Source of the DNA: Escherichia phage vB_EcoD_Opt-719
DNA: 48,302 nucleotides
Strand: one strand, 5' to 3'
Sequence record: OL539451.1
In this document: in pieces, positions 8,665-17,985 of the stretch
How the letters are laid out: every line of letters begins with the position of its first letter
Numbering within the stretch: the stretch's first letter is position 1
Notes under the pieces: model-generated
The model's database searches: none
Seen by the model: only the letters and a program-made list of their open reading frames with translations
Told to the model about the DNA's origin: nothing
Made by a program: the position numbers and the translations under genes

Positions 8665-9612
8665 ATGACTATCAAACTTGACGCTTTCGAGCAAGAAAAG
8701 ATTACTAACCACCTGCGCGCTATGGGTGTTGATAAGGCTGATGCGGCTGGTATCTGGACTGTTAAGCAGCTCACCGCAAGCCTGAATAAAGCTTACGAAA
8801 CCGAGTACGACCAGAACTCCGTAGTAAATCTGTTCCCTGTAAGTAATGAAATCCCTGGCTACGCTAAATATTTTGAGTATCCGGTATTTGATGGCGTAGG
8901 TATTGCTCAGATCGTAGCTGATTACACTGATGACCTGCCGCTGGTTGATGCCTTGGCAACTGAACGTCAGGGTAAAGTTTTCCGCTTCGGTAACGCTTTC
9001 CTGATTTCCATTGATGAAATTAAAGTTGGTCAAGCTACCGGTCAGTCTCTGTCTACTCGCAAGCAGTCTCTTGCTTTCGAAGCTCACGACAAGCTTCTTG
9101 ATAAACTGGTGTGGTCCGGCTCTACTGCTCACGGCATCCCTAGCGTTTTCGACTACCCGAACATCAACAACGTTGTTAGCGCTGGCTCATGGTCTCAGCC
9201 AACTACTGCGGTAAGTGATATTACAAGTCTCTTGGATATTATCGAGACTTCAACCAATGGTCAGCACCGTGCGACTCACCTGCTTCTGCCTACTACCGCT
9301 CGTCGTATCATGCAGAACCTGGTACCTGGCACTTCTGTTAGCTACGGTGAATTCTTCCGTCAGAACAATAGCGGCGTAACAGTTGAGTTCGTTCAGTACC
9401 TGAATGATTACAATGGTTCTGGCACCTCTGCAGCTATCGCTTATGAGAAAGACCCTAACAACATGGCAATCGAGATTCCGGAAGCGACTAACGCACTGCC
9501 GGCTCAGCCGCGCGACTTGCACTTCCGTGTTCCGGTAACTTCTAAAGCAACTGGCTTGATCGTGTATCGTCCTTTGACCATGGCTGTAATGAAAGGCATC
9601 ACCTTCGCGTAA
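8665..9612 (+). CDS. putative major capsid protein
   Basis: ~316 aa from ATG 8665 (track start TTG 8626); own promoter and strong terminator; position in head module; family not verified. Confidence 0.6.
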   Translation: MTIKLDAFEQEKITNHLRAMGVDKADAAGIWTVKQLTASLNKAYETEYDQNSVVNLFPVSNEIPGYAKYFEYPVFDGVGIAQIVADYTDDLPLVDALATERQGKVFRFGNAFLISIDEIKVGQATGQSLSTRKQSLAFEAHDKLLDKLVWSGSTAHGIPSVFDYPNINNVVSAGSWSQPTTAVSDITSLLDIIETSTNGQHRATHLLLPTTARRIMQNLVPGTSVSYGEFFRQNNSGVTVEFVQYLNDYNGSGTSAAIAYEKDPNNMAIEIPEATNALPAQPRDLHFRVPVTSKATGLIVYRPLTMAVMKGITFA

Positions 9613-9634
9613 TAGCAATTATTGCTTACCACTT

Positions 9635-9660
9635 GCCACCCTTCGGGGTGGTATTTTTGT
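9635..9660 (+). terminator. rho-independent terminator
   Basis: hairpin CCACCC-TTCG-GGGTGG followed by T-rich run. Confidence 0.7.
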
Positions 9661-9704
9661 TTATATGACTATATAATCAAACAATCGAAACAAAGGAGGA
9701 AAGA

Positions 9705-9950
9705 ATGAAACTGTTACATAAAGGTGCTTGTGTTATCCGTCTTGGCGCAAAAGATTATCTTCCAGGCGACACCATCGAGGTTGAAGAGTTATCAGTTGGA
9801 TTAAAGATTCTGGTAGCTGAAGGCAAGCTTGAGGTTGAGGATGACCACAAGGCAACTAAAGAAATCGAGCAGGAAGTTAAAGCCAAGGCTAAGCCGAAGA
9901 AGCAACCAAAGAGTATTGATGAAGCTGAGAATGGCGGCGACTACAAATAA
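9705..9950 (+). CDS. hypothetical protein (81 aa)
   Basis: strong AGGAGG RBS; Lys/Glu-rich C-terminus; between capsid and head-tail genes. Confidence 0.4.
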   Translation: MKLLHKGACVIRLGAKDYLPGDTIEVEELSVGLKILVAEGKLEVEDDHKATKEIEQEVKAKAKPKKQPKSIDEAENGGDYK

Positions 9951-9994
9951 ACCAAGAGGGCGCTTCGGCGTCCTTTATTGTATGGAGATATAAA

Positions 9995-10396
9995 ATGAAT
10001 GAAGAAGTAATTGCGTACATGCGCACGCTTTACCCGCCTCTTAAGGGTCAGCCTGATGATGTTCTTAACGCATGGATTGAGGTGGCAAGGCTATTTATCT
10101 GCTTAGATAAGTTTGGCGACAAGCAGGTTCAGGCATTGGCATTCTACACGCTTCACTTGCTTAGCCAGGATATCGCACTGAAGACTGAGAATGATTCAAG
10201 CCAGACATCCTCTGACCGGGTTAAGTCCTACTCCCTTTCCGGCGAATACACTATTAGCTATGATACAAGCACAGCTTCCGCAAGCTCATCTAACCTTGAG
10301 GCTTCATCATGGGGTAAGCTTTACATTGATTTGATGCGTCGTAAAGTTGGCCGCTGGGGTTTGATTACGTCTGGTGGGTCGAGGTGCTGCCGATGA
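9995..10396 (+). CDS. putative head-tail connector/adaptor protein
   Basis: 133-aa ORF in head-tail joining position; GGAGA RBS; assignment by synteny only. Confidence 0.35.
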   Translation: MNEEVIAYMRTLYPPLKGQPDDVLNAWIEVARLFICLDKFGDKQVQALAFYTLHLLSQDIALKTENDSSQTSSDRVKSYSLSGEYTISYDTSTASASSSNLEASSWGKLYIDLMRRKVGRWGLITSGGSRCCR

Positions 10397-10761
10397 ATCA
10401 CGCACTCTTGCAGCAGCAGATCAAGGCTGGTATTAATCTCCTGTCAGATGGTGATGGCGCTTTCGAAGCTACTACCCAGCCAACCATCTCGATAGTAAAT
10501 GGCTACGAAGTGCGCACGCCTGGCACTTCATACGCAGTGAGGGGTGTTATCCGTGAATTCAAAGCGCGAGACATTGACGGTGACATCATCAAATTCGGTG
10601 ACCGTCGCGGAATTTTTACTGCTGATTCAGTTGTATCGGAAGGCGACCGCATCTACATTGACCAGGAGGCCTACACAGTCATTGACCCGCGACCAGTGAA
10701 GCCAACTGGCACGGTAATCGCCTACAGGCCAGTATTACGGAGGGCTGCTACTTATGGCTAA
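10384..10761 (+). CDS. putative head-tail joining protein
   Basis: 125-aa ORF overlapping neighbours by a few codons; synteny only. Confidence 0.35.
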   Translation: MLPMNHALLQQQIKAGINLLSDGDGAFEATTQPTISIVNGYEVRTPGTSYAVRGVIREFKARDIDGDIIKFGDRRGIFTADSVVSEGDRIYIDQEAYTVIDPRPVKPTGTVIAYRPVLRRAATYG

Positions 10762-11182
10762 TGACGTTGTAAGTTTCAGGAACTCAATTAACGCATGGAT
10801 TGATGGCGTCACTGATGGTGTAGAATTGATTGTGGAAGGCACGCTAACTAAGGCTGCCAACGACATAGTTAAGCTATCTCCAGTTGATACAGGTCGATTC
10901 AGGGGTAACTGGCAGGCCACTGGCAATTCACCAGCCGCACAGTCACTAAATAATTACGACCCTGACGGCAGTGAGACTCGTAACTCTCTTCGTAGGCAAA
11001 TCTACGCACTAGCAAGAGATACAAATACGAACGTAATTTACGTTACCAACCGGCTTGATTATGCGCAAGGACTTGAGTTTGGTTCATCCAATCAGGCGCC
11101 TTCTGGTGTTCTTGGTGTTGTCCAGAAGAGGCTTGGTCGTTACTTCGCCGAGGCGGTACAGGAGGCTAAACGTGCACTATGA
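10754..11182 (+). CDS. putative neck/tail completion protein
   Basis: 142-aa ORF; start overlaps upstream stop; synteny only. Confidence 0.35.
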   Translation: MANDVVSFRNSINAWIDGVTDGVELIVEGTLTKAANDIVKLSPVDTGRFRGNWQATGNSPAAQSLNNYDPDGSETRNSLRRQIYALARDTNTNVIYVTNRLDYAQGLEFGSSNQAPSGVLGVVQKRLGRYFAEAVQEAKRAL

Positions 11183-11570
11183 AATGATGGTAGCATCAAG
11201 AAAGCTGGTTAGCGATGCTGCGGTTGATATTGCCGGCGGACTACCAGTGGCTTACGAGAACTGCGGATTCACGCCGCCCAAAAACGGAAGTTCATGGCTG
11301 AAGTTTGACTACACGGAGGTTGATAGTGTTACGTGGGGATTGCAGAGAACATGTCGGTATTACGTTGGCATGGTTCAGGTCTCTATATTCTTTTCACCAG
11401 GTGAGGGTACTGATAGGCCTCGCCAATTGGCTGGGCGATTGTCAGAAGCTTTCGCCGATGGTACAATGCTTGACAGCGGATACATTTATGAAGGCGGTTC
11501 TGTGTTTCCTCCAGTGAAATCACAATCCGGCTGGTTCATTCCTGTCCGATTCTACGTACGTATGGATTAA
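11172..11570 (+). CDS. putative tail terminator-like protein
   Basis: start set to GTG 11172 with GGAGG RBS 6 nt upstream (track TTG/GTG start 11055 overlaps previous gene); synteny only. Confidence 0.3.
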   Translation: MHYEMMVASRKLVSDAAVDIAGGLPVAYENCGFTPPKNGSSWLKFDYTEVDSVTWGLQRTCRYYVGMVQVSIFFSPGEGTDRPRQLAGRLSEAFADGTMLDSGYIYEGGSVFPPVKSQSGWFIPVRFYVRMD

Positions 11571-11584
11571 TTAAGGAGATTTAC

Positions 11585-12235
11585 ATGGCCCATCTTAGCA
11601 ATGGCACACAAATTTTTTTGCAGGGTTCCAAATCTGAAGCGGTAGCCGTAACAGCTATCACTAACGCAGCTCAGCCAGTTATGACCGTAGCTGATGCCTC
11701 AACTTTCGCAGCTGGTGACTTCATTGTTGTTGAGTCATCGTCATGGTCTAAACTTTCAGAAAAACAGTTGCGAGTAGTAACATCAACGGATACAACAATT
11801 ACCGTTGAAGGCATTGACACTACCGACCCGCTTCAGTTCCCAGCTGGCGGAACGGCATCGATCTACAAGGTTCTTACCTGGTATGAGATGCCTTGTGTTC
11901 AGGACGTTTCAACTGATGGCGGCGAGCAGCAGTTCGTTACCTATCAGTGCTTGGCTGATGACCGTGAACAGCAGATTCCAACCTATAAGTCAGCGGTAAA
12001 TACGACCTATACGTTTGCTCATGAGTTCACCAACCCTATCTACCCGGTTCTCCGTAACTACGACGAGTCCGGCGCACTGATTGCGATTCGTGCATATGTA
12101 CCAAAAGCTGGCGAAGTTCGCCTGTGGACCGGAACTATTGCTTTTAACGAAACTCCAAACGTTTCAGTTAACGAAATCGAAACTGTATCCGTAGCAATTA
12201 CGGTACGTGGACGCTACAGCTTCCTCGCTGCATAA
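11585..12235 (+). CDS. putative major tail protein
   Basis: 216 aa; AAGGAG RBS; followed by strong terminator; directly upstream of chaperone and tape measure genes. Confidence 0.5.
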   Translation: MAHLSNGTQIFLQGSKSEAVAVTAITNAAQPVMTVADASTFAAGDFIVVESSSWSKLSEKQLRVVTSTDTTITVEGIDTTDPLQFPAGGTASIYKVLTWYEMPCVQDVSTDGGEQQFVTYQCLADDREQQIPTYKSAVNTTYTFAHEFTNPIYPVLRNYDESGALIAIRAYVPKAGEVRLWTGTIAFNETPNVSVNEIETVSVAITVRGRYSFLAA

Positions 12236-12241
12236 CAATCA

Positions 12242-12266
12242 AGCCCCTTCACAGGGGCTTTTTTTA
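12242..12266 (+). terminator. rho-independent terminator followed by extended -10 (TGtTATAAT 12267-12275)
   Basis: hairpin AGCCCC-TTCACA-GGGGCT plus T-run; TGnTATAAT immediately downstream. Confidence 0.7.
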
Positions 12267-12308
12267 TGTTATAATTTCAACTCAAACAAACACGAGAGGA
12301 TTATTTAA

Positions 12309-12623
12309 ATGGCTAAGTTCAAATTAAAATTAGGCGCACTCCCTGATTTCAAACTTCCTGTTAAGTTCCAGATGATCAACGGAGAAGAAGCTGAGGTTAT
12401 TTTCAACGCCAAGCATCGTAAGGCTAAAGAGATTCAGGAAGTATTCCAGACTGAAGGCCTTAAGGACTTTGACTTTGTTAAAGAGATTTGCAGCGGTTGG
12501 AACCTTGAAGAGGAATTTAACGACGAGAACATCGAGGAGCTGGTATCTCTGTTCCCAGCATCCGTTCTGGCACTGACTAACGCTTACATGCAAGCTCTGG
12601 CGGGCCAGCGCGCAAAGGTCTAA
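12309..12623 (+). CDS. putative tail assembly chaperone (G-like)
   Basis: 104-aa acidic ORF immediately upstream of tape measure gene; GAGAGGA RBS. Confidence 0.45.
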   Translation: MAKFKLKLGALPDFKLPVKFQMINGEEAEVIFNAKHRKAKEIQEVFQTEGLKDFDFVKEICSGWNLEEEFNDENIEELVSLFPASVLALTNAYMQALAGQRAKV

Positions 12624-12940
12624 AGCGCGCAGTATATCTACAATACCAAAGAGAGCCAACGGACGCCGAACTTGAAGCTATTGGCATGCGGCGTTCCGAT
12701 TATGAAGATGAAGAGCCAGAGGAGTTATACTTCGATGATGACATGATGCTGGCATGGACTGTTTACCAGGCAACTTCAACTCAATGGCGTGTAGGTATGA
12801 ACGGCGCTACCGGAATAGATTATTCAGTACTCCCTTTCCTCTTTGATGTGTATAATGTCAAGGACAAAGAGATGACTTTAAATGACTTGCGAATACTGGA
12901 GTGCAAAGCACTTGAGATGATGCAAGTAAGGCAAAAATAA
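12581..12940 (+). CDS. possible -1 frameshift extension of tail assembly chaperone (T-like) or independent 84-aa ORF
   Basis: -1 frame opens at 12581 and overlaps the 3' end of the G-like ORF by ~40 nt; no canonical slippery heptamer, only A-AAG at 12614-12617. Confidence 0.3.
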   Translation, partial: RLHASSGGPARKGLKRAVYLQYQREPTDAELEAIGMRRSDYEDEEPEELYFDDDMMLAWTVYQATSTQWRVGMNGATGIDYSVLPFLFDVYNVKDKEMTLNDLRILECKALEMMQVRQK

Positions 12941-12963
12941 CCTCCCTTTGTGGAGGTTTTTTT
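12939..12963 (+). terminator. hairpin/terminator overlapping tape measure RBS
   Basis: CCTCC-CTTTGT-GGAGG followed by TTTTTTT; GGAGG arm doubles as RBS for ATG 12975. Confidence 0.5.
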
Positions 12964-12974
12964 ATGGAGGTTAC

Positions 12975-15953
12975 ATGGCAGAATTTGCAGGTATCACTCT
13001 TGGCGTTGACGTTCGCCAGGTTGACCAGGGCACAAAGTCCCTGCAAGAATTTAAACGTGCCAATGAGCAGGCTGCGGCTGGTGTTAGCGAATTTGTTAAC
13101 GCTGAGCTAGTTGCGAAGAATCAGGCTCGCGATACTGCCAGATATCTTTCTGAGCAGCGAACTGCTTTCCGTCAGCTGCAAACCGCAATCGACCCAACGG
13201 CAGGAAAACTTCGCAAACTACAGGAAGCGGCTGACGCACTGGATAAATCCTTCTCCGCAGGAGTTGTTCCTGAGGCTGAATTCTACCGCTTAAGCGAGGC
13301 TCTTGAGACTCAGACTAACAGGCTTCGCAACTCACAGCGCGCATTGACTGAGGAAGGCAGGGCGGCAATTGAGGCATCAAAAGCCAAGGCTCAGGCAGCT
13401 ACACAGGCGGAAAGATTCCTTAAGTCTTTGCAGGCTGAAGCTCAGGCGGCAACATTAACGCGAGAGGAGCTGTTAAAGCTCAGGGCTGCTGAGTTAGGAG
13501 TCTCAAGCCAGGCTGCGCCAATTATTGCACAAATCGGAGCAGCAGCTGACCAGTCCGCAGCGGCATTAACAAGGCAGAGCCAGGCTTTGCAACGTTCCGG
13601 GCTATCTGTTGGCGCATATAAGAACGCAATACGCACACTTCCGGCGCAGATTACAGATATTGGAACCTCATTGGCTGGCGGCATTCCAATCTGGTTAATT
13701 GCAATTCAGCAGGGTGGCCAGATTAAGGATAGCTTTGGTGGTGTAGCTAACACATTCAGGTTTGCGCTTGCTGCATTAAACCCGTTCGTTGTTGCAGCTG
13801 GAGCTCTCGGTGTTGCTCTTGGTGCTCTTGGGCTATCAGCTTATCAGGCTTATCAGAACACATCACAGCTAAACCAGACGCTTACCCTGACCGGGCAATC
13901 AGCGAACTTATCAGCTGCAGCGGTTCAGAACCTAGCAAGGAATGCTGCTGAAGCTGCCGGAGCTACTCAGGGTTTAGGCCAGGAAATTGCTAATGGATTG
14001 GTCGCAAGTGGAAACCGCACGGTAGCTCAGATTTCAATTATCACTGAGGCAACTGCGCGCTGGGCTACGGTTACTGGTGATTCAGCTGACGATATCGTCA
14101 AGAACTTCGATAAAATCGCAAATGACCCGGTCAAAGGGCTGGCTGAGCTTGATAAGCAGTTTAATTTCTTAACCGCTGGTCAACTTAAGTACATCGAGCA
14201 GATTAGGGTTACAGAGGGTCAAACTCAAGCTGTAACGGCCGCCACGAAAATATTTGCTGATGTGATGGAGAATCGCTTAACCAAAGTTGCAGAGTCGCTA
14301 ACGCCGCTTGAGAGGGCTTGGGATAGCTTCAAAAACTTCGTTTCTCGGGTTTGGACAGATATCGGGAACAGAACGCTTGGCGCGCTAAACCTAATTGTAG
14401 ACGTTGTTGCTGGCACTATTGAGCAGATTCAGTTTCTGATTGGTCAGGGTGACGTTCTTATCAACAACTTCCTGATATCGACAATCAAAGCATTCCAGAA
14501 TATCCCTGGCGCTGATGGAGTTGGTAGTGAGTTGGTTCAGCAATTTGAGAAGCAAAACGAAGGGATAAAGAAAGCTAACGAGGAGTTAGTTAAGTCAGTA
14601 GCTGAGCGTGACGCAAGGATTCGTAAGGGTGAGCTTGGTTATGTCACCTCAACTCAGGAGGAGCAGCAAAGGAATGGAGAATCTGACGCTGAGTTCGAGA
14701 AACGCAGAAAGTCACGTGAGCAGGAACTTAAAGATATTGAGGCAGCGAATAAGGCAAGGAAGACTGGAGTTAAGGACCAGCAAGACCTTACTATCAACTA
14801 TGAGTCAGGCGTCTTAGCTCTACAGGCTCAGCTTAAGGTTCTTCAGGAACACCGCCAGATTAGTGATGTCATCAGTAACGAGCGAAAGCAGCTGTTCGCA
14901 GAAGAAGCAAGGTTTGCAATCCTTAATGAAAGGCTGGCTGATGGCACTATCACCAAACAGCAAAGGGCGTTACTGCTACAGCAAGATAAAATCTTAGGAC
15001 TGGCTCGTGAGAAAGCTGAGATTGGTGACCAGATTGTTCTGCAGGAAAGGGCCAATAAACTCCTTGATGATAACATCAAGAAGACTCGCCAGATTAACGC
15101 TGAAGCAGTATCAATAAGTGTTGGCGCTGGATTATCTCAGCGCGAAGCTGAAAGGAAGCGAGAGTTGGCGGCGCTAGAAGCCCAGCAGATTTCTAAAGGC
15201 GGCTCCGTAGATGACACTGACTTCCAAGCATTGTTGCAGGCTCGTCAGAATTTCTACAATCAGGAAGACGCATTACGTGGCAACTGGTTGGCTGGTGTTA
15301 AGTCTGCGTTTGCTGAGACGGCTGATGAATTAGCAAACTTCAATCAGATTGGTTCTGAATTGGCAATGAGTGCCTTCAATGGATTGACTGACCAGATTAC
15401 AAACCTGGTTACTACCGGAGAGGCAAACTTTAAAGAGTTTACCGCTTCAATTCTGAAGCAGATTGCACGCATTGCAACGCAATTACTTTTGATTAAAGCT
15501 ATTGAGTCAACCATATCTAGTTTTGGTGGTGGCGGCGGCTCAACAGGTACAGCTATAGCTAACTTTGGTAAATCTTTTGGCTTTGCATCTGGTGGCTACA
15601 CAGGTAGTGGTGGTAAGTACGAGCCAGCTGGCACGGTGCATAAAGGTGAATTCGTATTTACTAAAGAGGCAACCTCAAGGATTGGCGTTGATAACCTTTA
15701 CAAGTTGATGCGCGGATACGCAAACGGTGGGGTGGTTGGCTCTGGTCCTGGCTATGCGACTGGTGGACTTGTTGGTGGAAGCAACGTTAACGTTGGTGGA
15801 GTGAATGTTACCGTTCAGACAGGTCTTGGCGGTGGTGGCGGCAATGACGCTAAACAGTTAGAATCTGGTATCAGGGTTATCATCGCGGAAGAGATTACTC
15901 AATCTTTCCAGCAGGGCGGAACGGCTTACCAGTTCTTGCGTGGTTACAGTTAA
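12975..15953 (+). CDS. tail tape measure protein
   Basis: ~990 aa, Ala/Gln/Glu-rich coiled-coil-like regions and Gly-rich C-terminal segments; canonical position; start at ATG 12975 (track TTG 12948). Confidence 0.85.
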   Translation: MAEFAGITLGVDVRQVDQGTKSLQEFKRANEQAAAGVSEFVNAELVAKNQARDTARYLSEQRTAFRQLQTAIDPTAGKLRKLQEAADALDKSFSAGVVPEAEFYRLSEALETQTNRLRNSQRALTEEGRAAIEASKAKAQAATQAERFLKSLQAEAQAATLTREELLKLRAAELGVSSQAAPIIAQIGAAADQSAAALTRQSQALQRSGLSVGAYKNAIRTLPAQITDIGTSLAGGIPIWLIAIQQGGQIKDSFGGVANTFRFALAALNPFVVAAGALGVALGALGLSAYQAYQNTSQLNQTLTLTGQSANLSAAAVQNLARNAAEAAGATQGLGQEIANGLVASGNRTVAQISIITEATARWATVTGDSADDIVKNFDKIANDPVKGLAELDKQFNFLTAGQLKYIEQIRVTEGQTQAVTAATKIFADVMENRLTKVAESLTPLERAWDSFKNFVSRVWTDIGNRTLGALNLIVDVVAGTIEQIQFLIGQGDVLINNFLISTIKAFQNIPGADGVGSELVQQFEKQNEGIKKANEELVKSVAERDARIRKGELGYVTSTQEEQQRNGESDAEFEKRRKSREQELKDIEAANKARKTGVKDQQDLTINYESGVLALQAQLKVLQEHRQISDVISNERKQLFAEEARFAILNERLADGTITKQQRALLLQQDKILGLAREKAEIGDQIVLQERANKLLDDNIKKTRQINAEAVSISVGAGLSQREAERKRELAALEAQQISKGGSVDDTDFQALLQARQNFYNQEDALRGNWLAGVKSAFAETADELANFNQIGSELAMSAFNGLTDQITNLVTTGEANFKEFTASILKQIARIATQLLLIKAIESTISSFGGGGGSTGTAIANFGKSFGFASGGYTGSGGKYEPAGTVHKGEFVFTKEATSRIGVDNLYKLMRGYANGGVVGSGPGYATGGLVGGSNVNVGGVNVTVQTGLGGGGGNDAKQLESGIRVIIAEEITQSFQQGGTAYQFLRGYS

Positions 15954-15984
15954 TAAATGGGGCTTCGGCCCCTAAGGATTTTAG

Positions 15985-16335
15985 ATGGCATTGGAAACAT
16001 TTCGTTGGTGTACACAAATTCAAGGTGGATCAGCAAACTTCACCAACGCGAATAACGTTAGGGTGGTTAGCTTTGGTAATGGCTACGAGCAGCGTGGGAC
16101 TGGTGGCTATAGGACCAATAGGCGCACATACAATATGACCTACACTAACACTAACTGGAAGGAAGTGTTAGACTTCTGCTTTTCGCACATCATTACACCT
16201 TTTGCGTGGACAACTCCGCAAGGTGAACTTAAGCTGTTTGTTGTGGCTCAAGATAGCATCAGCGTCACACCAAATACTAAGGAAGTACAGACTGTATCAA
16301 TGCAGTTTGTAGAAGTTTTCACCTCGATGCAGTAA
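15985..16335 (+). CDS. putative minor tail protein (M-like)
   Basis: 116-aa ORF directly after tape measure gene; AAGGA RBS. Confidence 0.45.
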   Translation: MALETFRWCTQIQGGSANFTNANNVRVVSFGNGYEQRGTGGYRTNRRTYNMTYTNTNWKEVLDFCFSHIITPFAWTTPQGELKLFVVAQDSISVTPNTKEVQTVSMQFVEVFTSMQ

Positions 16336-16339
16336 ACTA

Positions 16340-16361
16340 AGACCCTACGGGGTCTTTTTTA
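16340..16361 (+). terminator. rho-independent terminator
   Basis: hairpin AGACCC-TACG-GGGTCT followed by TTTTTT. Confidence 0.7.
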
Positions 16362-16374
16362 TTGGAGAAATATC

Positions 16375-17139
16375 ATGGCAACGCCATTAAGCACTAAGTT
16401 TGAGAATCAATTACAAAGCTTGTTCCCTGGTGAGGTCGTTACGCTTATCGAGGTTGACGGAGGAAAGTTTGGCGCACCAGTTTACCGCTTTCATGGGGAG
16501 AATATCAGCTATACGCCAGAAGAAATCATGATGGCACAATCAACAGGTCAGCCACTGCCAGCAAAGGCAATCACTTTCCGTGGAGAAGAGTATGGCGCAA
16601 GGCCTTTTGGCATTCAGGGTATTAACATGACTTCTGACGGCAAGGCAAACAAGGTAACTCTGGTTGTATCAAACGTTGACCAGAACATCTCGGCGCTCAT
16701 CCGCACTTATAATGGTCTTGTTCAGGCTAAGGTTACTATCTGGATAACCCTTCGTGAGAATATTAATGAAGATGGCACCATTGCTGATGGGGATTACCGT
16801 AAGCTAGTTTACTTCATTGAGCGACCTAAGCAGGTTGACTACAACACGGCGTCATTTGAACTAACTAGCCCAATGGATATGGATGGTATCTACATTCCGG
16901 CTCGACTTGTTCAGTCTGTTTGTTATTGGGCACAGCGCAATCAGTACCGCTCAGGGAATGGATGTAACTACATGGGCAATCGATACTTCGATAAGGACAA
17001 CGTGCCTGTGACTGACCCATCCCAAGACTTCTGCGCCGGAACGGTGACCGCCTGTAAGTTAAGGTTTGGAGCTAACAATCAATTAGACTTTGGCGGTTGT
17101 GCGGCTGCAAGTCTGCAAGCGAAAGCCAACCAGAACTAA
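16375..17139 (+). CDS. putative minor tail protein (L-like)
   Basis: 254 aa; C-terminal cysteine cluster (CYW...C...C...C) reminiscent of Fe-S-binding L-type tail-tip proteins. Confidence 0.55.
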   Translation: MATPLSTKFENQLQSLFPGEVVTLIEVDGGKFGAPVYRFHGENISYTPEEIMMAQSTGQPLPAKAITFRGEEYGARPFGIQGINMTSDGKANKVTLVVSNVDQNISALIRTYNGLVQAKVTIWITLRENINEDGTIADGDYRKLVYFIERPKQVDYNTASFELTSPMDMDGIYIPARLVQSVCYWAQRNQYRSGNGCNYMGNRYFDKDNVPVTDPSQDFCAGTVTACKLRFGANNQLDFGGCAAASLQAKANQN

Positions 17140-17149
17140 GGAGTTGAAA

Positions 17150-17242
17150 ATGAAATTATTGTGTGCTTATTTGATATTTATATTTTTGTCAATGTTTGGA
17201 TTGTCATTAACATTAATTCTCAATATGGCTGGTGTTTTATGA
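17150..17242 (+). CDS. hypothetical small hydrophobic peptide (30 aa)
   Basis: AAGGAG RBS 6 nt upstream of ATG 17150; stop overlaps ATG 17239 (ATGA); MKLLCAYLIFIFLSMFGLSLTLILNMAGVL. Confidence 0.3.
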   Translation: MKLLCAYLIFIFLSMFGLSLTLILNMAGVL

Positions 17243-17985
17243 TTACACCTAAAGTTAAACTAGAAATATTTCGCCACGCCAACGAGGTTTACCCGCAGGA
17301 ATCTTGCGGGGTTGTAACTCAAAAGGGAATGGCGCAGAAATATCACAGGATTACCAATGTATCCAAAACTCCTGAGCAATCATTCATTCTTGACCCAGCA
17401 GAATTCATGGAGATTTCAGATAGTGAACAAATTGTTTACGTGGTTCATTCTCATACTGGTGACGGTGCCACTACTCGCCCTAGCGCTGCAGACATTTGTA
17501 GTTGTAATGAGTGCGAAATTCCTTATGTCATTGTTAGCATTCCCGAAGGCGATTTGCGAATTATTGAACCTAGCACAATGCCTTTAGCTGGCAGGCCGTG
17601 GGGTTTGGGCAGCTTCGATTGTTGGAGTTTGGTCATGGAATTTCACAAGCTACACGGCGTTAAGCTGAACGACTACCGAGTTGATTACCAGTGGTGGACG
17701 AATGAATACCCTGACAATATCTACGATGATAATTGGCAACTTGAAGGGTTTGAGTTAGTTCGAGGTAATGATATTCCCATTGGCTCAATGGTTATGATGC
17801 AGATTCAAAGCGAGAAGACAAACCACGCTGCAATCTACATTGGTGATAATAAAATCCTGCACCATTTATATGGTAAGATGAGTAAGGTTGATTTGTACGG
17901 TGATTACTATCGTGAGCGGACTGTGCGAATCGTAAGGCATAAAGATTTACCGGAGGATGCTGGTTATGACCCAGAACGTGATTGA
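17239..17985 (+). CDS. tail tip assembly protein (K-like; JAMM/MPN plus NlpC/P60-like)
   Basis: JAMM-like HSHTGDGATTRPSAAD and catalytic-Cys-like FDCWSL motifs; start at ATG 17239 (track GTG 17161). Confidence 0.65.
   Translation: MITPKVKLEIFRHANEVYPQESCGVVTQKGMAQKYHRITNVSKTPEQSFILDPAEFMEISDSEQIVYVVHSHTGDGATTRPSAADICSCNECEIPYVIVSIPEGDLRIIEPSTMPLAGRPWGLGSFDCWSLVMEFHKLHGVKLNDYRVDYQWWTNEYPDNIYDDNWQLEGFELVRGNDIPIGSMVMMQIQSEKTNHAAIYIGDNKILHHLYGKMSKVDLYGDYYRERTVRIVRHKDLPEDAGYDPERD

Noticed and set aside
8535-9618. Minus-strand ORFs 8535..8774, 8596..9132 and 9250..9618 antisense to the capsid gene
   Set aside because: Fully antisense to a strongly supported, promoter- and terminator-bracketed plus-strand gene; no RBS; TTG/GTG-type starts.
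13111-15079. Short ORFs inside the tape measure gene on both strands
   Set aside because: Internal to a 3-kb continuous ORF with a clear function; no independent start signals.
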